A stretch of 64,000 nucleotides of DNA from Mustelus asterias (Eukaryota), in contig NC_135816.1 of the NCBI RefSeq assembly GCF_964213995.1, positions 64,356,001 through 64,420,000 on the forward strand, read 5' to 3'. The translations under genes were made by a program, and so were the position numbers. The notes beneath the pieces were generated by a model. That model saw only the letters and a list, made by a program, of their open reading frames with translations, searched no databases and was not told the DNA's origin. The first letter of the stretch is position 1; each line of letters starts with the position of its first letter. This document shows positions 12,403 through 22,816 of the stretch, piece after piece.

Positions 12403-15400
12403 TCAGTACCACTTACCCGCCTGATCCCCATAACCCTTAATTCCCTTACCGATCAGGAATCCATCCATCCGCGCTTTAAACATATTCAGCGAGGTAGCCT
12501 CCACCACCTCAGTGGGCAGAGAATTCCAGAGATTCACCACCCTCTGGGAGAAGGAGTTCCTCCTCAACTCTGTCTTAAACCGACCCCCCTTTATTTTGAG
12601 GCTGTGTCCTCTAGTTTTAACTTCCTTACTAAGTGGAAAGAATCTCTCCGCCTCCACCCTATCCAGCCCCCGCATTATCTTATAAGTCTCCATAAGATCC
12701 CCCCTCATCCTTCTAAACTCCAACGAGTACAAACCCAATCTCCTCAGCCTCTCCTCATAATCCAAACCCCTCATCTCCGGTATCAACCTGGTGAACCTTC
12801 TCTGCACTCCCTCCAATGCCAATATATCCTTCCTCATATAAGGGGACCAATACTGCACACAGTATTCCAGCTGCGGCCTCACCAATGCCCTGTACAGGTG
12901 CATCAAGACATCCCTGCTTTTATATTCTATCCCCATCGCAATATAGGCCAACATCCCATTTGCCTTCTTGATCACCTGTTGTACCTGCAGACTGGGCTTT
13001 TGCGTCTCATGCACAAGGACCCCCAGGTCCCTTTGCACGGTAGCATGTTTTAATTTGTTTCCATTGAGATAGTAATCCCATTTGTTATTATTTCCTCCAA
13101 AGTGTATAACCTCGCATTTCTCAACGTTATACTCCATTTGCCATATCCTCGCCCACTCACTCAGCCTGTCCAAATTTCTCTGCAGATCTTCTCCGTCCTC
13201 CACACGATTCACTTTTCCACTTATCTTTGTGTCGTCTGCAAACTTCGTTACCCTACACTCCGTCCCCTCCTCCAGATCATCTATATAAATGGTAAATAGT
13301 TGCGGCCCGAGTACCGATCCCTGCGGCACGCCACTAGTTACCTTCCTCCAACCGGAAAAACACCCATTTATTCCGACTCTTTGCTTCCTGTCGGATAGCC
13401 AGTCCCCAATCCACTTTAACACACTACCCCCAACTCCGTGTGCCCTAATCTTCTTCAGCAGCCTTTTATGGGGCACCTTATCAAACGCCTTTTGGAAATC
13501 CAAAAACACCGCATCTACCGGTTCTCCTCCATCAACCGCCCTAGTCACATCTTCATAAAAATCCAACATGTTCGTCAAGCACGACTTTCCCCTCATGAAT
13601 CCATGCTGCGTCTGATTGATCGAACCATTTCTATCCAGATGCCCTGCTATCTCCTCTTTAATAATGGATTCCAGCATTTTCCCTACTACAGACGTTAAGC
13701 TGACCGGCCTATAGTTACCCGCCTTTTGTCTCCTTCCTTTTTTAAACAGCGGCGTAACATTAGCCGTTTTCCAATCAACCGGCACTACCCCAGAATGCAA
13801 CGAGTTTTGATAAATAATCACTAACGCATCCACTATTACCTCTGACATTTCTTTCAATACCCTGGGATGCATTCCATCCGGACCTGGGGACTTATCCACC
13901 TTCAGTCCCATTAGTCTACCCAGCACTGCCTCTCTGGTAACATTAATTGTATTAAGTATTTCTCCTGCTGCCAACCCTCTATCGTTAATATTTGGCAAAC
14001 TATTTGTGTCCTCCACCGTGAAGACCGACACAAAAAACTTATTTAAAGACTCAGCCATATCCTCATTTCCCACTATTAACTCCCCCCTCTCGTCCTCCAA
14101 GGGTCCAACATTCACTCTAGCCACTCTATTCCTTTTTATATATTTATAAAAACTTTTACTATCATTTTTTATATTAGTTGCTAGCCTAGCTTCATAGTCT
14201 ATCCTTCCTTTCTTTATCGCTTTCTTAGTCTCTCTTTGTTGTTTCTTAAATTTTTCCCAATCACTTGTTTCTCCACTATTTTTGGCCACTCTGTACGCAG
14301 CTGTTTTTATTTTAATACTCTCCTTTATTTCCTTCGTTATCCACGGCTGGTTCTCCCTTTTCTTACAATCCTTGTTTTTTGCTGGAATATATTTTTGCTG
14401 AGAACTGAAAAGGATCTCCTTAAAAATCCTCCACTGTTCCTCAGCTATCCTACCTGCCAGCCTGCTCTCCCAGTCTACCTTAGCCAATTCATCCCTCATC
14501 CTATCATATTTCCCTCTGTTCAAACAGAGGACACTGGTTTGGGACCAAACTTTCTCCTCTTCCATCTGAATCAGAAATTCGACCATATTGTGGTCACTAG
14601 ACCCAAGAGGGTCCTTCACAATAAGATCCTTAATTCTACCTACCTCGTTACACAATACCAGATCCAAAATAGCTCGTTCCCTCGTCGGTTCCGTAACATG
14701 CTGTTCAAGGAAACTATCCCGACAGCATTCTAAGAACTCTTCCTCCATTCCACCCTTACCGACTTGAGTCTGCCAGTCAATGTGCATGTTGAAGTCCCCC
14801 ATGATTATTGCCGTTCCGTTTTTACACGCATCCCTTATCTGCTTGTTTATAGCCCTCCCTACCTCAACTTTATTATTTGGGGGCCTATATACCACACCTA
14901 CTAGTGTCTTTCTCCCTCTACTATTCCTCATCTCTACCCATAATGATTCCACGTTTTGTTCCTCAGAGCCTATGTCATCCCTCAGTACTACCCTGATATT
15001 ATCTCTTATTAATAGCGCGACCCCACCACCTTTTCCTTCCTGTCTATTCTTCCTAAACGCCTGATACCCCTGGATATTCATCTCCCAGTCCTGGTCACCT
15101 TTCAGCCACGTTTCTGTAATGGCCACTAGATCGTACCCACTCGTGCTGATTTGCACCATCAACTCATTTACCTTGTTCCGAATGCTTCGTGCATTCAGGC
15201 AAAGTGTCCTTATTCCAGCTTTTATCTGGACCCGCTTTGATGAGTCGCGAACACCCTCTCCCTCTACTCCCTTATCTAAATTACCGCCTTCATTCACTTG
15301 CACCCTCTCCTCTACCATTAATTTTGTAATTCCCCTTACCCCTGCATCCTCCACCCCATCAATTAGTTCCTTGATCCTAGTCAACTCTTCTAGCTCCCCT

Positions 15401-15408
15401 CCCCCCAA
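12403..15408 (-). CDS. CR1 ORF2: apurinic endonuclease plus reverse transcriptase
   Basis: APE motifs (CLNARS, ITETW, YRPP, MGDFN, SDH); RT motifs (NYRPVSLTS, QHGF, LDFQKAFDKV, GVPQGSVLGP, FADD). First in-frame ATG is at 15318. Confidence 0.97.
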   Translation of the reverse strand: MGGGELEELTRIKELIDGVEDAGVRGITKLMVEERVQVNEGGNLDKGVEGEGVRDSSKRVQIKAGIRTLCLNARSIRNKVNELMVQISTSGYDLVAITETWLKGDQDWEMNIQGYQAFRKNRQEGKGGGVALLIRDNIRVVLRDDIGSEEQNVESLWVEMRNSRGRKTLVGVVYRPPNNKVEVGRAINKQIRDACKNGTAIIMGDFNMHIDWQTQVGKGGMEEEFLECCRDSFLEQHVTEPTRERAILDLVLCNEVGRIKDLIVKDPLGSSDHNMVEFLIQMEEEKVWSQTSVLCLNRGKYDRMRDELAKVDWESRLAGRIAEEQWRIFKEILFSSQQKYIPAKNKDCKKRENQPWITKEIKESIKIKTAAYRVAKNSGETSDWEKFKKQQRETKKAIKKGRIDYEARLATNIKNDSKSFYKYIKRNRVARVNVGPLEDERGELIVGNEDMAESLNKFFVSVFTVEDTNSLPNINDRGLAAGEILNTINVTREAVLGRLMGLKVDKSPGPDGMHPRVLKEMSEVIVDALVIIYQNSLHSGVVPVDWKTANVTPLFKKGRRQKAGNYRPVSLTSVVGKMLESIIKEEIAGHLDRNGSINQTQHGFMRGKSCLTNMLDFYEDVTRAVDGGEPVDAVFLDFQKAFDKVPHKRLLKKIRAHGVGGSVLKWIGDWLSDRKQRVGINGCFSGWRKVTSGVPQGSVLGPQLFTIYIDDLEEGTECRVTKFADDTKISGKVNRVEDGEDLQRNLDRLSEWARIWQMEYNVEKCEVIHFGGNNNKWDYYLNGNKLKHATVQRDLGVLVHETQKPSLQVQQVIKKANGMLAYIAMGIEYKSRDVLMHLYRALVRPQLEYCVQYWSPYMRKDILALEGVQRRFTRLIPEMRGLDYEERLRRLGLYSLEFRRMRGDLMETYKIMRGLDRVEAERFFPLSKEVKTRGHSLKIKGGRFKTELRRNSFSQRVVNLWNSLPTEVVEATSLNMFKARMDGFLIGKGIKGYGDQAGKWY

Positions 15409-15413
15409 CCTAT

Positions 15414-16343
15414 CTAGTTTAAATTCTCCCCAGTAACCTTAGCCAACCTACCGGCCAGGATATTGGTCCCCGTGTGATTCAAGTTCCACCCGTTTTTTGT
15501 ATACAGATCACCCCTGCCCCTAAAGAGGTCCCAATGGTCCAGGAACCTGAATCCCTGCCCCCTGCACCAGTCCCTCAGCCACACATTCATCTTCCACCTC
15601 ACTCCATTCCTGCCCTCACCTTCCCGTGGCACAGGCAGTAATCCTGAGATTACTACCTTTGCTTTCCTCTTTCTCAGCTGTCTCCCTAATTCCCTGTACT
15701 CCCTTTTCATGACCCCTTCTCCCTTCCTACCCACATCAGCGGTACCAATATGTACCGCTACCTCAGGCTCCTCTCCCTCCCACCTCAGGATTTCCGGGAC
15801 GCGACTAGCGACATCCTGGATCCCGGCCCCAGGGAGGCAGACCACCATGCGAGAATCCCGCCTACCTCCGCAGAAACGCCTGTCTGTCCCCTTCACCATC
15901 GAGTCCCCGATTAATACCGCCTTCCTCCTCTTTTCCTTAGCCCTCTGAGTTACAGGGCTGGACTCCACTGCGGAGACACGGCCACTGCTGCTTCCCCCAG
16001 GCGGGCTGTCCCCCCCAGCAGTACTCAAGCAGGAGTACTTGTTGTGCAGGGGCAAATCCACTGTGGTGCTCTCAACCACCCTAGCCTTACCCTTCCTGGC
16101 CATCACCCACTTGGCCTCCTCCCGTTGCCCTGGTGTGACCACCTGATGATAGCTCTTGTCTATCACCTCCTCATTCTCCCTCATCAGCCTAAGATCCTCG
16201 AGCTGCAGTTCCAGCTCCCTAACACGGTCCCTCAGGAACTGCAGCTCGACACACCCCTCACAGATGTGGATGTCCGGGAGGCCAGATGCCTCCAGGACCT
16301 CCCACATCCTACACTGGGAACAACACACTGGTTTCACACTCAT
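15414..16343 (-). CDS. CR1 ORF1: zinc-finger/leucine-zipper plus SGNH esterase domain
   Basis: CxxC...CxxC plus coiled coil; IGDSM, CLPGA, HIGT, LN..GT esterase blocks; ATG at 16343. Confidence 0.93.
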   Translation of the reverse strand: MSVKPVCCSQCRMWEVLEASGLPDIHICEGCVELQFLRDRVRELELQLEDLRLMRENEEVIDKSYHQVVTPGQREEAKWVMARKGKARVVESTTVDLPLHNKYSCLSTAGGDSPPGGSSSGRVSAVESSPVTQRAKEKRRKAVLIGDSMVKGTDRRFCGGRRDSRMVVCLPGAGIQDVASRVPEILRWEGEEPEVAVHIGTADVGRKGEGVMKREYRELGRQLRKRKAKVVISGLLPVPREGEGRNGVRWKMNVWLRDWCRGQGFRFLDHWDLFRGRGDLYTKNGWNLNHTGTNILAGRLAKVTGENLN

Positions 16344-16673
16344 ACTGGACACTTTATGTCAAGTAAGACAGTGAAAAGTTAATAAGAGTGTAAGGAAACA
16401 AAAACTCACCCCTGCTCGTCCAAGCCCTGTGAGCCAAAGCCCTGACAGCTCACTCAACTTCCCACTCACTCTGCTGCCCGCTACGATGCTGCCCGCTGTA
16501 TACTTTGGTGCGCTTTTAAAACCTCCAAAAACTTCCCCAGGCCTCTCCTGGCCCGACTTCTGGTTTTGAAAAAAACCTCCGATTTTAAACCCAAAATTAA
16601 CTGAAAAAATAAATAATTAATTAAAGTCAGAAAACCCACTCTCTTACCCTCAGCCTGCTCCTGGGAACAAATC

Positions 16674-17253
16674 ACTGATATTAAACCCAAACAACTGAGA
16701 TTAAACCCAAACAACTGAGATTAAACGCAAACAACTGAGATTAAACCCAGAACAACTGATATTAAACCCAAACAACTGAGATTAAACCCAAAACAACTGA
16801 GATTAAACCTAAACAACTGATATTAAACCCAAACAACTGAGATTAAACCCAGAACAACTGATATTAAACCCAAACAACTGATATTAAACCCAAACAACTG
16901 AGATTAAATCCAAACAACTGATATTAAACCCAAACAACTGAGATTAAACCCAAAACAACTGAGATTAAACCTAAACAACTGATATTAAACCCAAACAACT
17001 GAGATTAAACCCAGAACAACTGATATTAAACCCAAACAACTGATATTAAACCCAAACAACTGAGATTAAATCCAAACAACTGATATTAAACCCAAACAAC
17101 TGAGATTAAACCCAAACAACTGATATTAAATCCAAACAACTGAGATTAAACCCAAACAACTGAGATTAAACCCAAACAACTGAGATTAAACCCAAACAAC
17201 TGAGATTAAACCCAAACAACTGAGATTAAACCCAAACAACTGAGATTAAACCC
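16674..17253. repeat. Tandem array of about 29 copies of a 20(-21)-bp unit AAACAACTGA(G/T)ATTAAACCC at the CR1 5' end
   Basis: Directly visible; includes a 162-bp higher-order duplication (variant 'acct' recurs at 16810 and 16972). Confidence 0.97.
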
Positions 17254-18444
17254 GATATATGTACAATTAATACGCAATCACATCACAAGTCTTTTTGGTG
17301 AATGTGATTTCGTTTTGGTAAGATACAACGTTCTGGAGTCTGATCTTTGACATCCTTGATAGCCTTTTCTTTACGAATATCAGGTATTTCATCTTATGAA
17401 GTTATTTTTTCGTTTTTAGCTTCCTGAGATGTTGGTTGTTCTACTGGAGTAGACTCTGAACTTAGGTCTGTAGTAATTCTTGGTTCAGGGATTTGGTGTC
17501 TGACATAAGCCTTTCTGATACTGTCTCTGCTCACTCACTTTTTGAAGTGGGAATTTGATCCATGTCCATCAGGTCCATTTTAGCTCGAATGGTTGCAGGT
17601 ACCCAGAGTAGCCTCTCGCTAAAACTCTTTCTCTTTGCTTAAAATGCCTCAGTTTTGATGTTTGTTAATGGCGAGTTAGTTATGCTTGTTGTTGTTGGTC
17701 TACTATTGTAGTTGTGTCAGGTGGTGTGAGTAGATCTAATTTAGTTTCCTTCTCAGGAACAACACTGCTGGTGGTATGAGCCGTGTTCCAATAGGACTTG
17801 AGAAAGTCGTTTACTCCCCCAGATAACGGACCTTCGTCTTTGGATGCTTTAATGTCATGTTTCAGTGACTGTACTAGCCTCTCCTCCAATCTGTTAGCAG
17901 ACGAATGATATGGATATGGGGTAGTCCTAATGTATACCATTGCTCTTAAGTTAACCGAAAGATTCCTGAGATGTTAACTGAGTCCCATTATCACTGACTA
18001 GTTGTTCGGGCCATCCAAATCTTGTGAGCAACTCATCCAACTCTGGTTTCTTCCGTCTTTCATTATCCTGACTTTGGGCCACTTTGCACGTCCACTTGGA
18101 CAAGAAACATGTAGCCTTCAATGGATCCTGCAAAGTCGATATGTAGCCTCTGCCAAGATTGTTTTGGCCAATCCCATGAGTGAAGTGGTTGTAGGGTGGA
18201 ATATTCTGGCACATGGCTGGTATTGTCCCACTTTTTCTTCTGTTTGTGAGTTATGTCCCGGGCACCAAAAACAGCTTTGTGTAAGCTCTTTCATTCGCAT
18301 TACCCTTGGATGATCTTTGTGCAGATGATCCAGGATTCAGCTTTGTAAACATGGATCGCCCTGATCCCTCATAGCAATCTCCATTTTGGACAGTTAATTC
18401 AAGTTCCCTCATTATGTAAAGTCTTAATTCAGGATTCTTGTTAT

Positions 18445-18783
18445 CATAGAAATCATAGAAACCCTACAGTGCAGAAGGAGGCCATTTGGCCCATCGAGTC
18501 TGCACCGACCACAATCCCACCCAGGCCCTACCCCCGCATATTTACCCGCTAATCCCGCTAACCTACGCATCTCAGGACTCTAAGGGACAATTTTTTTAAC
18601 CTGGCCAATCAACCTAACCCGCACATCTTTGGACTGTGGGAGGAAACCGGAGCACCCGGAGGAAACCCACGCAGACACGAGGAGAATGTGCAAACTCCAC
18701 ACAGACAGTGACCCGAGCCGGGAATCGAACCCGGGACCCTGGAGCTGTGAAGCAGCAGTGCTAACCACTGTGCTACCGTGCCG
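18445..18783 (-). mobile_element. Young V-SINE (HE1-like) inserted in Gypsy pol
   Basis: Full SINE on - with a TTCTATGA repeat tail; near-identical to the copy at 24727. Confidence 0.9.
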
Positions 18784-21477
18784 TTATGTTATGTTCCTCT
18801 TAAATCCATGTCTATGACCCGACCCATTACCGAGTCATTCCTTGCGTGCCTTTGTACCTGAGACAATTTTATTGGAGCATTCTCTACCTGGGAAAAGTAT
18901 ATGTTGATATTGCTGTCTTGCCTTCGGTTTTGTCTTGAAGTGATAAGCTCGATAAGGACCTGCTTTGGCATGCTGTTCTGATCTCCGAAATTGATTTCAT
19001 AATTATGCACTGATAATATCAATGCCCATGTTTTTAGATGACTTGCAGCTAATAATGGAATTCCCTGGTATGGACTAAAAATGGTTGTCAATGGCCTGTG
19101 GTTGGTCAACAAAATAACTCATCTACCATACACATACAAGTGAAATCGTTTTAATGCCAAAACTATGCAGAGCTCTTTTTTCTCAATTTCTGCATAATTT
19201 TGTTCCTGCGCTTGAGATCGTTGACGCTGTTGACCGCTCCTCCGCAGTTGCCATAATGTGAGGAGATACCACACCCACCCCATAGGGCGATGCGTCACAT
19301 GCTATTTGAATTTTCAACTCTGAGTTAAAGTGGATCAATACCTCAATTGCTTGAGCACGTCTTTAACTCCTTTGTATGCACTTTCACGCTCTTTCATCTA
19401 ATTCCATTATTGGTTAGCACACCAAGTATGATGTGGCTTTAGTAGTGTCACAAAGTTTGGGATGAACTTATTGTAATAATTGATTAGTCCTAAAAACGAT
19501 CTCAACTATGACGCATTCTGTGGTCTTGGCACATCTAGGATTGCTGTCATTTTCTTAGGTTCTTTGTGTAGGCCATCCTTGTCTATTACATGACCTAGAT
19601 AACTGATGGGAATTATTTGAAAAATTCACATTTTTTGTTCTTCATGTGGAGGTTCGACTTCTCTAGATGCTCCAGTGTTTCCTCCAAGTTTTGTAAATGT
19701 TCCTGTTCAGTTTTGATTGTGATTAGAATGTCATCCAAATAACACTGGGCATTGTTGAGGCCATATAGGATTTGGTCCATTGATTTCTGGAATATGGCCA
19801 TTGTAAGTGTTATTTTGAATGGTAATTGCTTATACAGGAACAATCCCTTGTGGATAACAATCATTAGCAGTGACTCAGTTGCCACCCTCATTTGCAGGTA
19901 TACTTGGGACAAGTCTAGCTTGTTGAACTGCTGACCACCAGATAATCCAGCGAATAGGTCTTTGATGAACGGTATAGGGTACTGGTTGACACACACTACT
20001 GGATTTATCGTCGCCTTAAAGTCCCTGCAAATTCGTACAGAACCATCAGATTTACTAATTGGGACAATTGAGGTTGCCCAATTGCTCATTGTTACAGGTT
20101 CAATCACTCCATCCTTGACTATTTTTTCTTGTTGCACTTCTATCTTCTGTCTCACTGCTTAAGGCACAATTCTTGCCTTGAAACATCTACGGTTGCTATC
20201 AGATTTGACCTTACGCTTTGCCTCCACTGCAGTCATGGATCCTAGGGAGTTCTCAACCACCTTCTCCAGAGGTTTTTGCAGCGTGTTCTTGCTGTCAACC
20301 AATTGGTTAAATGCTCCCCAGTAAAGCTTGATTTTATATGTTCTTTCAAAGAGTGCAGGAGAATTTCCCGTTACTATATGCAGAGGTAATTCTGCTGATT
20401 GACCATTAACTTCTACTTGAACCACGATATATCCCTTCAATGGAACTACCTCCTCAGTATAAATTTGCAGAATTATGTTTAAAGGTTTTAGTGATAAATG
20501 TTTAAGCTTCTGATTGTTTATACTTTCTGGGAGAAGTGGTATAGCTGCTCCTGTATCTGCTTCCATTTTTACTTCATTTCCGTCTAACTTTGGGTAAACC
20601 CAGACCTTTGCGTATCCCCTTGCATGGATAGGACACCTAGTTTCAATTCTTGGATCTTCTCCAGTCTGGTATCATCTTGGAAATTTTCATCGTCCTCAGA
20701 TACTTTGTAGACCCCTTTTGTAAATCTTGACATTTTCTTGTGTTTGCACATCTTGGAGGTTTGCAGAGTATGTTGTGTCCAACACGCCTTCATTTTGTGG
20801 CCCTTCTTGCCACAGCTTTTATGTTTATTTTCTCTGCTCTAGCATTCATGTGGCAAGTCCCCCACCTGGGCATATCTATGGCATGCTTGCATTTTAAGAG
20901 GTTTCTTTCTGTCAGTTTCCATCTTATATGGTTTGGTTCCAGCTCCAATTTGAGAAGCTCCTTTTGCGGCCAATTCCATGGATACCATGAATACAATAGC
21001 AAGTTTTAGTGTTAAAGCAGTTTCAGTGAGCAATTGTCTTTGAATTGCTTCATTTCAAAGCCCACAAAAAGCCTGTCTGACAGTCAAGCCAGCCGAGGGT
21101 CAAGCCAAACTCTCAATTTATTGCCAGCCGCCTTAATGTTGCTACAAATTGTGATATATTTTTGTCCTCTTGGCTCCATTGATAGAATCTGAAGCTCTCA
21201 GCAATTGTTAGTGGTTTAGGCTTCTTGGGATGAATAGGCTCTGAAGCAAAGCAAAGGTTTTCCACCTTACAGTGCTAAGGAAAGCGACTACTTTAAGTTC
21301 ATCCAGTATCCTATTTGCTGCAAGATAACATTCAAATCTCTCTTCTTAAGCAGTCCATTTTCCACATTTTCTCAAACACTTCCATGGCCCCGCCATTGCA
21401 GTACTGATTCTTAGGTTGTAGTACTTATTTAACCTTTTCTTCCCTTTTTTTTACTCTTAGAAATTTAACTTGTATTA

Positions 21478-21688
21478 CATAGAAAGACATACATAGAAAC
21501 CCTACAGTACAGAAAGAGGCCATTCGGCCCATCGAGTCTGCACCAACCACAATCCCACCCAGGCCCTACCCCCATATCCCTACATATTTACCCACTAATC
21601 CCTCTAACCTCTCTAACCTACACATTTCAGGACACTAAGGGCAATTTTTAGCACGGCCAATCAACCTAACCCGCACATTTTTGGACTG
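21478..21688 (-). mobile_element. 5'-truncated V-SINE (HE1-like)
   Basis: 3' half homologous to the 18445 copy. Confidence 0.85.
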
Positions 21689-21875
21689 TTGTTTCTTTAA
21701 ATTTTTGGACGATTGTTTCTTTAAATTATTTCTTGGCTGGACTGTGACTCAAAATTGGAAAAAAATCCAATTTTTTTTTTCCTTGATTATTTTTATAGCA
21801 AACACCGATCTGCCTTTAAATTCTGATTTATCTTTGTTTTTCGTTTGTGGTTTGTTGGAGCAGTTGCCTTTCCAG

Positions 21876-21950
21876 AAGCAGGGTCACCCTGAGACACAGT
21901 ATCCGACGCCGCCACGTGCGACGGAGAGCCCGAAAGGAGTCTCCAATTCA
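21876..21950 (+). CDS. Candidate in-frame inter-RRM exon (KQGHPETQYPTPPRATESPKGVSNS)
   Basis: gcctttccag acceptor, gtgagt donor, 75 nt, phase 0-0, no stop. Starts with KQG like the exon after RRM2, but lies between the Gypsy gag start and PBS-like motifs, so it may be cryptic. Confidence 0.45.
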
Positions 21951-22432
21951 GTGAGTAAAATTATTGATTTTAGATTTGTTCCCTTATTTACATAATCTGT
22001 TCGTTTTCTAGGGGGCTTTGAGCCCACCTATTTATTTAATAAATGCTATGTTCACCAACTATTACTTTTCTTGCACCTGATTCTCCTTGAGCTATCTCGA
22101 TGTTGAGTCGATTTAAAAAAAAAATGGAATGGTCAAGAGTGCTTTTATCAACTTAAAAGTTAATATTCACCTGCAGCAAGTGCTAAACAAAATCTGTTTC
22201 CACGGCTAAATTAACTGCACTTTTGATCGATGGTATGATGGTCCCCTGAAAATCGACTCTTGACTCAAAGTCCAGATGAACTGGCGATGAGACTGTTTTC
22301 TCATCGCCAGTTTTGTTTAAAATTGGCCTTTGTTGACGATCTTGCTGGAAGACACCTCATCACCAGTTTTGTTGAAAGTTAAGGTGCTGGCGGTTATGTG
22401 GTTTAAATAATGTATTTTCCATTCATGTTTAG

Positions 22433-22573
22433 GGCAACGAAATTGAGGAACGCAGCCGGGTGGTCCACATCAGCAACTTGCCTTCTGTTGGCTACACTGA
22501 TTCAGAAATTGTATGCCTTGGTATACCCTTTGGAAAAGTGACCAACTACCTACTGATGAGAGTTAAGAATCAG
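22433..22573 (+). CDS. MATR3: Matrin-3-like exon, RRM2 first half (GNEIEERSRVVHISNLPSVGYTDSE...PFGKVTNYLLMRVKNQ)
   Basis: gtttag / gtgctg; 141 nt, phase 0; matches MATR3 RVIHLSNLPHSGYSDS...NYILMRMKSQ. Confidence 0.92.
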
Positions 22574-22816
22574 GTGCTGTGGAATTCAAAATGTCAGCAA
22601 TAATGTGAAATATTTTATGACTGAGTAATAAAAGGAATTGAGTTAATTGGACCATATATTACTGTTCTGCTAGTGAGGAATGTTTTTTTAAAAATAATAG
22701 CCGCCAAATATATACTGGAGTGTGACTTGTTGGCATTTCAATGGTTGCAAGATTTTAATACTGTATGTTCCAAAGGATTCAGGACTCGCCTTGTTCAAGC
22801 TATTTAAAGAGTGTGT

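Larger units (their letters stand above)
12310..17253 (-). mobile_element. Full-length, apparently intact CR1-clade LINE
   Basis: Uninterrupted ORF1 and ORF2, short 3'UTR ending in a TTCTTATG-type repeat tail, 5'UTR with a tandem array. Confidence 0.95.
12031..22373 (-). mobile_element. Decayed Gypsy/Ty3 LTR retrotransposon (interrupted by CR1 and two SINEs)
   Basis: Frameshifted remnants in Gypsy order on -: gag from about 21396 (W..EERFECYLAAN), protease (ADTGA), RT (YPIP, YLDDILI), RNaseH, integrase (VSDNGTQ, ERLVQSLK). PPT at 12220-12230; PBS-like AACTGGCGATGAG near 22300-22370. The 5' boundary is uncertain. Confidence 0.85.

Noticed and set aside
12604-16382. Plus-strand ORFs overlapping the CR1
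   Set aside because: Antisense shadows of CR1 ORF1 and ORF2 with no recognisable domains.
16674-17253. CRISPR-like array
   Set aside because: Head-to-tail 20-bp units with no unique spacers, no cas genes, and a vertebrate context.
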